Of a stretch of DNA of 35,769 nucleotides, positions 27,883 through 35,169 are shown one piece after another. The notes below the pieces were generated by a model. The model was not told the origin of the DNA. It saw only the letters and a list, made by a program, of their open reading frames with translations, and ran no database searches. Position numbers and translations under genes: made by a program. The stretch is from Flavobacteriales bacterium (GTDB lineage: Bacteria; Bacteroidota; Bacteroidia; Flavobacteriales_D; Sanyastnellaceae). Location: positions 1 to 35,769 of the forward strand of contig JBIIBU010000001.1 in NCBI GenBank assembly GCA_044239235.1. Reading direction: 5' to 3'. Positions within the stretch are counted from its first letter, which is position 1, and every line of letters begins with the position of its first letter.

Positions 27883-30645
27883 TCAATGAGCTTGCTTGAA
27901 CTGCCCTTTCGATTTGCGTATATTCACTGCCACTACTTTGTATTCAGGGCACATTGCTTCACTGTCCCTTTCATTTGATGTCAGATCATTCATTTTCACT
28001 TCAGGGAAATGGAATGTAGAAGATAAAATACCTGGCTTGACTTCGTCAGAAATGCGCGCCTTCACGTCAATTTTTCCTCGAGGACTAATGACACATACCA
28101 TGTCGCCTTCATTGATTAAATGAGATTTGGCATCGTCAGGATTAATAATCAGAACATCTTCTTTCAATATGAGCGCATTATTTGTTCGGCGCGTCATACT
28201 GCCGCAGTTGTAGTGCTCGAGCTCTCTATTCGTGGTAAGTATGTATGGAAAATCGCTAGCGTTTTGTTCTAATTCCTGAGTTTCTTTCCAAGTAGCTTTT
28301 TCAAACTTTCCCTTTCCTCTTTTGAATGTGCCTGTATGTAAAATTTCCGTATCAGTACCATCCTTTAAGACTGGCCATTGCTTTCCATTTTCTCCCAACT
28401 CATCCCACTTCACACCAGCGAAGAATGGAACTATTTGAGAAATCTCTTCAAGCAATTCTTTTGGACTATAATCACCTTGAGCATAGCCCATCTTATTCAT
28501 AATATCACAAACAATTTGTCCATCCGCTTTTGTTCCTTCAATTGGTTCCACTACGCGTTGAACGCGTTGAATGCGTCTTTCGCCATTTGTAAATGTTCCC
28601 GATTTTTCTAAGAATGAAGCAGCTGGCAATACAACATGAGCCATCTTTGCTGTCTCTGTCATGAAAATTTCTTGCACTACCAAAAGGTCCAAATTATTCA
28701 AAGCCTTCTTCACATAATTCGTGTTTGGATCGGTCTGTACATTGTCTTCGCCCATGAGCCACATTGCCTTCAACTTTCCATCAATCGCGGCCTCATACAT
28801 CTGCGGAATTTTATATCCGATGTGCAATGGCAATTTTGCTTGATAAAAATCTTGATACATATTGTGCAACTCTGGATTCGTCACATCGTGGTAACCAGCT
28901 CCTTGGTGAGGTTGGCATCCCATATCTGCTGCCCCTTGCACATTATTTTGTCCTCGAAGTGGATTAACTCCTACTCCACGTCTACCTATGTTGCCTGTTA
29001 TCATCGCAAGATCCGCAATCAACATTACGGTGTATGTTCCTTGTGAATGTTCAGTAACTCCTAGTCCGTGGAAACTCATTGCATTCGGTGCTTTTGCATA
29101 AGCAATAGCAGCCTTGCGTGCGAGTTCTTTATCCACTCCAGTGATGCGAGACAACTCATCAATATCAAAACTCAGAACGTGATTTTTGAAATCTTCAAAG
29201 CCTTCTGTTCTGTTTTCAATAAAAGACCTATCCTCCAATCCTTCGCTGATAATGAAGTAATGAAGCATATTTAACATCGCCACATTTGTACCTGGCTTCA
29301 GTTGCAAATGATACGTTGCATACTTTGCTAATTCTGTTCTACGAGGATCGATAACGATGCTCGTTCCCTTCATTGCAAACTGCTTCAATTTCGCACCTGT
29401 TACCGGATGTCCGCTTGTTGGATTAGCGCCGATTACCATTATGCAATCGGTGTACTTCAAATCAATAATTGAATTGGTCGCTGCACCTGTTCCAAATGTG
29501 CGCTGCATTCCTAGAGCAGTTGGAGAGTGGCACACACGTGCGCAACTATCAATATTATTCGTTCCGATTACGGCGCGAATAAATTTCTGCATTAAATAAT
29601 TCTCTTCATTTGTGCAACGTGCAGAAGAAATACCTGCGATATAATCTGGACCGAAATCGGTTTTGATTCTAGTTAATTCTGACGCGATGTAATCATATGC
29701 TTCATCCCATGTAGCCGGGACCAATTCTCCATTTTTACGAATAAGAGGAGTTCGCAAACGATCTTGGTGATTATAAAATGAAAATGCAAAACGCCCTTTC
29801 AAACATGTGTGACCTTGGTTTACTTCTGCGTCATACGGTGCTTGTATTGATTTGATTTTTCCACCAGATACAGCCACTTCAAGATTACAACCAACGCCGC
29901 AGTATGTGCATACAGTGCGCACTTTTTCGTCTGCGGCTACAGACTTAGATTCGAAAATATCGCTAATCGCGGATGTAGGACAAGCTTGAGCACAAGCGCC
30001 ACAACTTACACAATCTGATTCTTTAAAATTAGACTCGAAACTTTTTACAATGTGGCTGTCAAAACCGCGTCCCGCCATGCTAAGCACCATTTCACCTTGT
30101 ACTTCATCACAAGCTCGAACGCAACGGAAACAGTTAATACACTTTGAAAAATCAGATGTCATGTATGCATGACTCTTATCTTTCTTTCTATCCAAATGCG
30201 TTTCTCCTTTAGGATAACGTACATCGCGAATACCAACGCGTGCAGCCACTGTTTGTAATTCGCAATTGTTATTTACTTCACATGTCAAACAATCAAGTGG
30301 GTGGTCTGTGAGTACCAACTCCACTATATTTTTTCTTAATTTTTGAATACGATTTGAATCCGGATAAATGTAAGATCCAGGCATCACGGGAGTGTGACAA
30401 GAGGCTTGAGCTTTTGCTGGTCCATCTTGAGCAAGCGACACGTCAACGCTGCATACACGACACGATCCAAATGGATCAAGGTTTGGCGCATCGCATAAAG
30501 TTGGGACTGCATCTTTACCGAAATTTCGTTTCAGCAGAGACAAAATCGTTTCACCATCTTGTATATCGTAAGGCACATTATTGACATAGGCAATCTTGCG
30601 AGGGCCCTTTGATTCCGTGTCTGTGCTGTGATTCATGACTTTCAT
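27883..30645 (-). CDS. fdhF: Formate dehydrogenase alpha (catalytic molybdopterin) subunit, NAD-linked FdsA/FdhF type, cysteine variant
   Basis: 920 aa. It has an N-terminal 2Fe-2S (C..CRVC), two 4Fe-4S ferredoxin motifs (CINCFRCVRAC, CVSCGACAQACP), the MopB 4Fe-4S motif CTYCGVGC, and the active-site stretch CARVCHSPT. A TGC Cys codon (29530-29532) occupies the position where selenocysteine enzymes carry U. Confidence 0.92.
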   Translation of the reverse strand: MKVMNHSTDTESKGPRKIAYVNNVPYDIQDGETILSLLKRNFGKDAVPTLCDAPNLDPFGSCRVCSVDVSLAQDGPAKAQASCHTPVMPGSYIYPDSNRIQKLRKNIVELVLTDHPLDCLTCEVNNNCELQTVAARVGIRDVRYPKGETHLDRKKDKSHAYMTSDFSKCINCFRCVRACDEVQGEMVLSMAGRGFDSHIVKSFESNFKESDCVSCGACAQACPTSAISDIFESKSVAADEKVRTVCTYCGVGCNLEVAVSGGKIKSIQAPYDAEVNQGHTCLKGRFAFSFYNHQDRLRTPLIRKNGELVPATWDEAYDYIASELTRIKTDFGPDYIAGISSARCTNEENYLMQKFIRAVIGTNNIDSCARVCHSPTALGMQRTFGTGAATNSIIDLKYTDCIMVIGANPTSGHPVTGAKLKQFAMKGTSIVIDPRRTELAKYATYHLQLKPGTNVAMLNMLHYFIISEGLEDRSFIENRTEGFEDFKNHVLSFDIDELSRITGVDKELARKAAIAYAKAPNAMSFHGLGVTEHSQGTYTVMLIADLAMITGNIGRRGVGVNPLRGQNNVQGAADMGCQPHQGAGYHDVTNPELHNMYQDFYQAKLPLHIGYKIPQMYEAAIDGKLKAMWLMGEDNVQTDPNTNYVKKALNNLDLLVVQEIFMTETAKMAHVVLPAASFLEKSGTFTNGERRIQRVQRVVEPIEGTKADGQIVCDIMNKMGYAQGDYSPKELLEEISQIVPFFAGVKWDELGENGKQWPVLKDGTDTEILHTGTFKRGKGKFEKATWKETQELEQNASDFPYILTTNRELEHYNCGSMTRRTNNALILKEDVLIINPDDAKSHLINEGDMVCVISPRGKIDVKARISDEVKPGILSSTFHFPEVKMNDLTSNERDSEAMCPEYKVVAVNIRKSKGQFKQAH

Positions 30646-30674
30646 TTTTTCCCGATTTTCGAATTAAACCTGAA

Positions 30675-32321
30675 TTAATTTTCGAAATACTGTTTCAATT
30701 CAGCATCAAAATACTTCATTGCGTTGCGCACTGGAAGAGGCAGTCCACCACCTAGTGCGCACAGAGATCCAATCTCCATTGTAGTAATCAAATCTGTGAA
30801 AAGTTCTCTGTCAATCTTAAGTTTTCCATCAGCTGCTTTGCTGAGCAATTCAGCTCCGCGCTTCGAACCTAGACGACAAGGAAAACATTTGCCACAGCTT
30901 TCGTGAGAGGTAAACTGAAACAAATGTTCGATATAACGAATGATAGGAAAGTCTTGTGGTATGCAGACTACGGATGCGTGACCAAGAAGAAAACCTTCTT
31001 TGGCAAACGAATCGAAGTCGATAGAAAGGGCATCAATCTTTTCGAGAGGAACAAGACCACCAAGCGGTCCGCCAATATGCATTGCCTTCACGTCAGACTT
31101 AAAGCCTTTTCCAAATTCATTGATAACAACAGATAAGGGTGTTCCCATATCCGCTTCATAAATTCCAGGGGAATTGAAGTAACTATCCAGTGAAATCAAT
31201 TTTGTACCGCTTGATTTAGCGGTTCCTATTGCAGCATAAGCAGCACCGCCATTTTTTATAATGAATGGCAAGTTCGCCAAGCTCTCCACGTTGTTAACCA
31301 CTGTGGGTTTGTCGAACAAACCTTTTTGAGTGGGATACGGAGGGCGAACACGTACTTCAGGACGCTGTCCTTCGATGGATGAAAGCAGCGCTGTTTCTTC
31401 ACCGCAGATATAGGCACCTTGTGCCTTTATAACTTTAAATCGAAATGTGAAACCAGAACCGAGAATGTTCTCTCCTATCAGGTGTTTATCTACGAGTTTG
31501 TTGATTTCATCTCGAATGATCTCAACAGACTCTGGGTATTCGCCACGGATGTACACTACACCATAACTAGCACCGATAACATATCCAGCTATCATCATTC
31601 CCATGAGAAGATGATGCGGGCGTTGTTCCATTATATATCGATCTGAGTATGCGCCCGGGTCGCCTTCATCTGCATTACAGACGATGTATTTTTCATCATC
31701 TACTGTGTTTTTGCAAGACTCCAACTTAAAGCCCATTGGGAAGCCCGCGCCACCACGGCCGCGGAGTCCAGAACTTTTTATTTCTACCAACAATTGATCA
31801 GGCGTCTTCTTCAGACAGTCTTTCCAAATTGAATAGTACTCATCAATTTCTGGATATTCAGCAGTGAGAATAGCTGTTCCTTTATAAGCCACATTGTAAG
31901 TTTCTTGTGTGGCTTTTTTATTTTTTCTATCAAAAGAATCAATATCACTTCCTGAGAAATTCTTACCATCACAGTGGAATGCGCTGTTTTCGTGACAACG
32001 TCCGAGACAGCACATTTCCCCTATTTCATTCGCATCAAATTGTGCTTCTAATTTTTTGTGAAGAGCATCTTGAGTCCCGGCGCATAGACAAGCTGTTCCA
32101 TTGCATACATACACTTTTTTGCCTTGATTCTCTGGGCGAAGGAAATCGTAGAAAGAGGTTGACCCGTATACGGTAGCTTTTCCAACAAGAAATTCTTCTC
32201 GAATGGCATCGAGTGTTTCTATATCAGGAGTGCCAGTAGCAGCTGCGGCCTGACCTAGACGTTCGAACAGGTTGTTCTCAAGCCCTTTCCTGCCGGAGAG
32301 CTTACTGATATTCTTTGACAT
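30675..32321 (-). CDS. Formate dehydrogenase diaphorase subunit: NuoE-like 2Fe-2S module fused to a NuoF-like NAD/FMN/4Fe-4S module
   Basis: 548 aa. The N-terminal VCNGTACLCAG...CCLGRCHENSAF is a thioredoxin-like 2Fe-2S pattern. GLRGRGGAGFPMGFK and CNADEGDPGAY are NuoF FMN/NAD motifs. ESCGKCFPCR is the NuoF 4Fe-4S motif. Confidence 0.9.
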   Translation of the reverse strand: MSKNISKLSGRKGLENNLFERLGQAAAATGTPDIETLDAIREEFLVGKATVYGSTSFYDFLRPENQGKKVYVCNGTACLCAGTQDALHKKLEAQFDANEIGEMCCLGRCHENSAFHCDGKNFSGSDIDSFDRKNKKATQETYNVAYKGTAILTAEYPEIDEYYSIWKDCLKKTPDQLLVEIKSSGLRGRGGAGFPMGFKLESCKNTVDDEKYIVCNADEGDPGAYSDRYIMEQRPHHLLMGMMIAGYVIGASYGVVYIRGEYPESVEIIRDEINKLVDKHLIGENILGSGFTFRFKVIKAQGAYICGEETALLSSIEGQRPEVRVRPPYPTQKGLFDKPTVVNNVESLANLPFIIKNGGAAYAAIGTAKSSGTKLISLDSYFNSPGIYEADMGTPLSVVINEFGKGFKSDVKAMHIGGPLGGLVPLEKIDALSIDFDSFAKEGFLLGHASVVCIPQDFPIIRYIEHLFQFTSHESCGKCFPCRLGSKRGAELLSKAADGKLKIDRELFTDLITTMEIGSLCALGGGLPLPVRNAMKYFDAELKQYFEN

Positions 32322-32356
32322 GCGCTTGAATGGTTACAGCGCTAAGATAGGGAAAA

Positions 32357-32466
32357 TTCGTGGGGTTGTGGGGTTCGTGGGGTAGAGAGTTCGTGGGGTA
32401 GAGAGTTCGTGGGGTAGAGAGTTTGATAGTTTGATAGTGCGGTAGTTTGGTAGTTTGGTAGTGCAC
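32357..32466. repeat. Tandem arrays: TTCGTGGGG words, then a perfect 16-mer GTTCGTGGGGTAGAGA x3 (32373-32420), then octamer GTTTGRTA x5 (32421-32460), ending in GTGCAC
   Basis: Read directly. The arrays lie between the stop of the 4-TM protein gene (32474) and the start of the FDH operon (32321). The word ggggtagagag recurs at 20965-20975. Confidence 0.95.
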
Positions 32467-32473
32467 TAGAGTA

Positions 32474-32878
32474 TTACTTCTTTGCTCTTTTGATGAAATA
32501 CAATAATGAAACTGCTACTACTACGTGCATCACGTTGAGTACAATAGCATAACCCACTGTTACATTCGGAATGCCCATAAATGGATTCATAAATGACAAT
32601 ACCAAAAGAATAATTGCAAGAACTGAAAACGCTTTGTATCCATTCTTTGCGAATTTCTCGAATAGAAAAAACACGCAAGCACCGACTATAGAGGGCATTA
32701 CACTTGACAATATAATTGGAACAATGGTAAGTGGTTGATTTGGCTGAATCATGATATCATCTGTCAATACGCCCGCTGCGTGGAAGATGAAAAATATAAC
32801 GGCGTTGATTACTAGAGATACCGCACCAGCGATTGCACCTGCAGTAACGCTTTGTTTGAAAGTCAATTTTGTGTTCAT
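32474..32878 (-). CDS. Small four-TM membrane protein (DUF6069-like)
   Basis: 134 aa with four hydrophobic helices (AGAIAGAVSLVINAVIFFIF, IVPIILSSVMPSIVGACVFFLF, AFSVLAIILLVLSF, GYAIVLNVMHVVVAVSLLYF). The family assignment is from memory only. The gene lies 57 nt downstream of marR on the same strand. Confidence 0.75.
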   Translation of the reverse strand: MNTKLTFKQSVTAGAIAGAVSLVINAVIFFIFHAAGVLTDDIMIQPNQPLTIVPIILSSVMPSIVGACVFFLFEKFAKNGYKAFSVLAIILLVLSFMNPFMGIPNVTVGYAIVLNVMHVVVAVSLLYFIKRAKK

Positions 32879-32903
32879 TTTTTGAATTTTAATCGTGTTA
32901 ATT

Positions 32904-32921
32904 TACTTATACATACAACTA
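32904..32921 (-). promoter_or_regulatory. Second, degenerate copy of the MarR-operator-like palindrome
   Basis: The minus-strand reading tagttgtatgtataagta matches the 33421-33438 palindrome at 16/18 positions. It lies in the marR / membrane-protein spacer, 25 nt upstream of the ATG at 32878. Confidence 0.4.
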
Positions 32922-32935
32922 TTTAGGAAAGAGAA

Positions 32936-33388
32936 TTACTCCCTTAGTTTATTCAATAACGCGTTAAGATGAAAGGCTTCTGACACACTAAGATTGCTGT
33001 AGTTTACTTTCTTAGCTACAAAGTCTTTCTCTATTTTGATCAACAAGTCTAATCCTGACTTTGTGATATTGATTCTATACAGTCTTTTATCCTCCACGGA
33101 AGACTGAACTTTAATTAGTCCTTTGGCAGAAAGCTTCTTTATTAATAAAGTTATGTTAGAACTCGCGGCTACCATGCGAGAAAGAATATCCTTCTGACAC
33201 ATTTCTCTTGGATGGCTTCCTTTCAATATCCTCAAGACGTTAAATTGTTCTGGGGTAATATTGAATGGTTTAAGATTGGCTGAAATTTTATTGTGCAGCC
33301 AATTCGCTGTAAACATAATATTCAGATTTGCCTTTAGATGATCATCCAAATGCTTTGTCTGCTTTATTTCGTGTTCTATTGAAGCCAT
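32936..33388 (-). CDS. MarR family transcriptional regulator
   Basis: 150 aa with a winged-helix pattern (ITPEQFNVLRIL...QKDILSRMVAASSNITLLIKKLSAKGLIKV..DKRLYRINITKSG). Confidence 0.9.
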   Translation of the reverse strand: MASIEHEIKQTKHLDDHLKANLNIMFTANWLHNKISANLKPFNITPEQFNVLRILKGSHPREMCQKDILSRMVAASSNITLLIKKLSAKGLIKVQSSVEDKRLYRINITKSGLDLLIKIEKDFVAKKVNYSNLSVSEAFHLNALLNKLRE

Positions 33389-33405
33389 TTCTTTCTTCTC
33401 GAATA

Positions 33406-33438
33406 CAAATGTATAATTTTTAGTTGTATGTACAACTA
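33406..33438 (-). promoter_or_regulatory. Candidate marR promoter (-33 TTG, 19-nt spacer, -7 TACATTTG) overlapped by a perfect 8-2-8 palindrome tagttgta-tg-tacaacta (33421-33438)
   Basis: The minus strand reads TTG (33435-33433), then 19 nt, then TACATTTG (33413-33406), then 17 nt to the ATG. This fits the Bacteroidota TTG/TAnnTTTG consensus. The palindrome covers the -33 element and spacer, which is the classic geometry for MarR autorepression. Confidence 0.5.
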
Positions 33439-33519
33439 TTAATTCAAAAAAAACCGAATCACAGGTAGGTTATCGTCTTATCTAAAACCGTTCTACTTTC
33501 ATAATCAATATCAAAACAC

Positions 33520-33527
33520 TAGATTTG
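33520..33527 (+). promoter_or_regulatory. Candidate -7 box (TAGATTTG) for phnA
   Basis: It is a perfect TAnnTTTG match 26 nt upstream of the ATG at 33554. No clean -33 TTG sits at 19-nt spacing, so support is weak. Confidence 0.3.
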
Positions 33528-33553
33528 CCGGCTAATTCTTTACATGCAACACC

Positions 33554-34132
33554 ATGAGCGTAGAAAAAACACTCCAAAACAGAAGCAACAATTCTTGCGA
33601 ACTGTGCAAATCAACTAGCAATCTTTCTGTTTATGAAGTGCCGCCACATTCTAACCAAACTGATGATGATTCCATCTTAGTATGCGACAAATGCCTAGCT
33701 CAATTGGATAAGAAAGAAGCTTTAGACAACAATCATTGGAGCTGCCTTAACGATAGCATGTGGAGTGAAGTGCCAGCGGTACAAGTTGTTGCTTGGCGCA
33801 TGTTAAGCCGTCTTCGCAACGAAACTTGGGCTGCGGATGCAATAGACATGTTGTACTTGAGCGATGAAAATTTGGCTTGGGCAAAAGCAACTGGAGATCA
33901 TGAGAACTCATCAGAAGTCGAACTTCACAGAGATTGCAACGGAGCCGTTCTTCAAACGGGCGACAACGTTGTTCTCATCAAAACCTTAGAAGTAAAAGGT
34001 TCTCAAGTTGACGCCAAAGTTGGAACAGCAGTGAAGAATATTCGTGTTGTAGCCGACAATATTGAACACATCGAAGGTAAAATCGACGGTCAGTCCATCG
34101 TTATCTTAACCAAGTTTGTTCGAAAGAGCTAG
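33554..34132 (+). CDS. phnA: PhnA-family zinc-ribbon protein (long form)
   Basis: N-terminal CELC...CDKC zinc ribbon. The C-terminal DCNGAVLQTGDNVVLIKTLEVKGSQVDAKVGTAVKNIRVV...IEGKIDGQSIVILTKFVRK closely parallels the E. coli PhnA C-domain. Confidence 0.88.
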   Translation: MSVEKTLQNRSNNSCELCKSTSNLSVYEVPPHSNQTDDDSILVCDKCLAQLDKKEALDNNHWSCLNDSMWSEVPAVQVVAWRMLSRLRNETWAADAIDMLYLSDENLAWAKATGDHENSSEVELHRDCNGAVLQTGDNVVLIKTLEVKGSQVDAKVGTAVKNIRVVADNIEHIEGKIDGQSIVILTKFVRKS

Positions 34133-34139
34133 TTCGGGA

Positions 34140-34289
34140 GGTAGTTTGATAGTTTGGTAGTTAAAACAAGTGAACACAAGTGAACGCCAATGCACCCAAA
34201 TGAAAAGAACTCAGTCGCAGGTCACTGGTCACTAGTCGTCAGTCACTAGTCATCGGTCACTAGTCATCGGTCACTAGTCACCAGTCGTT
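34140..34289. repeat. Mosaic repeat block: GGTAGTTT octamers (34140-34162), 10-nt CNCNAAKTGMA units (34165-34204), then a GTCACNN / GTCNTCG heptamer array (34221-34289), which is the right arm of the composite inverted repeat
   Basis: Read directly. It fills essentially the whole 159-nt spacer between the convergent phnA and usp genes. Positions 34263-34289 and 34191-34206 are reverse complements of 27705-27738 and 27818-27833. Confidence 0.9.
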
Positions 34290-34291
34290 TG

Positions 34292-35113
34292 TTAGTGCCA
34301 CATCAAGCTTAGGTATTCCATTCCGTCTTCTCGTTTTTCCGGGGTGATTAGCATCACAGGAATTTGAGCGTCGTTGTAAATCAAATTTTCTTCTTCTGTT
34401 CTTGGGAAAAGAGTGTATAGGAATTCATAAGCAAAATTCACAGAACAAATCAAATCCGCGTCTACACTGCCGGCAAAGCGAACCACATGTTTATTAAATC
34501 CACTTGCGGTAGTAACAATTTCTAATTCGCATTCAATCTTCTCCTCTTTGAAAAGCTGCAATACATCATCAACTATCTTCTGATTAAAATTCGCGGCATT
34601 TTCATTCATTGCAATGAAATACACTTTTGAATTAAACTGTTTTGCTAATGAAATAAAGTATTTCGCTTCATCGATTACTTGTGGTCTAAATTGGATTGGA
34701 ACAACGATATTCTTATATCCATGTTCACGCATTTCTCTTTGCTGCACCACAACAAAAGGAATATGCGAGTTGGATACCACTCTCAAGGCATCACTGCCTC
34801 GTAGGTGTTGCAATCCTCTTATACCATGCGTGGGCATAACTACTAGCTTACACTTTTCTCGAGCGGCTATTGCACCGATATCGGATTTGAAATTTCCTTC
34901 TTCAACACTTGTTCTGATTGAGCCAGAGAATACGCTTTGCAATTTCGATTTCCAAAGATCCATTTCTGGAAGCTTTGATTGACTTTCGTTCTCGTCTCCT
35001 ACGATATGAAGCATAAGAATTTCGGCATTCATATTCTCGGCTAAAAACGCAGCATGGTGCAGTGCTATGTGGCTGTCATTGTGGAAATCGCAAGGAAAGA
35101 GTATCGTATTCAT
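34292..35113 (-). CDS. Tandem universal stress protein (two Usp domains)
   Basis: 273 aa with two Usp-like halves (ILFPCDF...LVVMPTHG and NIVVPIQF...ADLICSV). Confidence 0.82.
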   Translation of the reverse strand: MNTILFPCDFHNDSHIALHHAAFLAENMNAEILMLHIVGDENESQSKLPEMDLWKSKLQSVFSGSIRTSVEEGNFKSDIGAIAAREKCKLVVMPTHGIRGLQHLRGSDALRVVSNSHIPFVVVQQREMREHGYKNIVVPIQFRPQVIDEAKYFISLAKQFNSKVYFIAMNENAANFNQKIVDDVLQLFKEEKIECELEIVTTASGFNKHVVRFAGSVDADLICSVNFAYEFLYTLFPRTEEENLIYNDAQIPVMLITPEKREDGMEYLSLMWH

Positions 35114-35169
35114 GGATAAGAATTGTATAATCGAGTTAAAAGGCTAAATTAGCGCCATAGTTCTATTGA

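Noticed and set aside
29530-29532. Selenocysteine recoding and a SECIS element in the formate dehydrogenase gene
   Set aside because: The codon at the catalytic position is TGC (Cys), and the 920-codon frame has no in-frame TGA.
32322-32473. Moco riboswitch or other structured leader upstream of the FDH operon
   Set aside because: The spacer consists of direct tandem repeats with little base-pairing potential, and I could not recognise conserved Moco-motif features. A covariance-model search would be needed to exclude it formally.
32466-32678. 70-aa ORF overlapping the 4-TM protein gene in another frame
   Set aside because: The 134-aa frame gives four clean hydrophobic helices, whereas the alternative frame is compositionally odd and shorter.
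27705-34289. Canonical composite transposon, IS element or integrative element
   Set aside because: No transposase, integrase, recombinase or tRNA attachment site lies within or next to the bracket. The arms are made of the same simple words found elsewhere, and no target-site duplication is evident. It is kept only as a non-canonical hypothesis in the findings.
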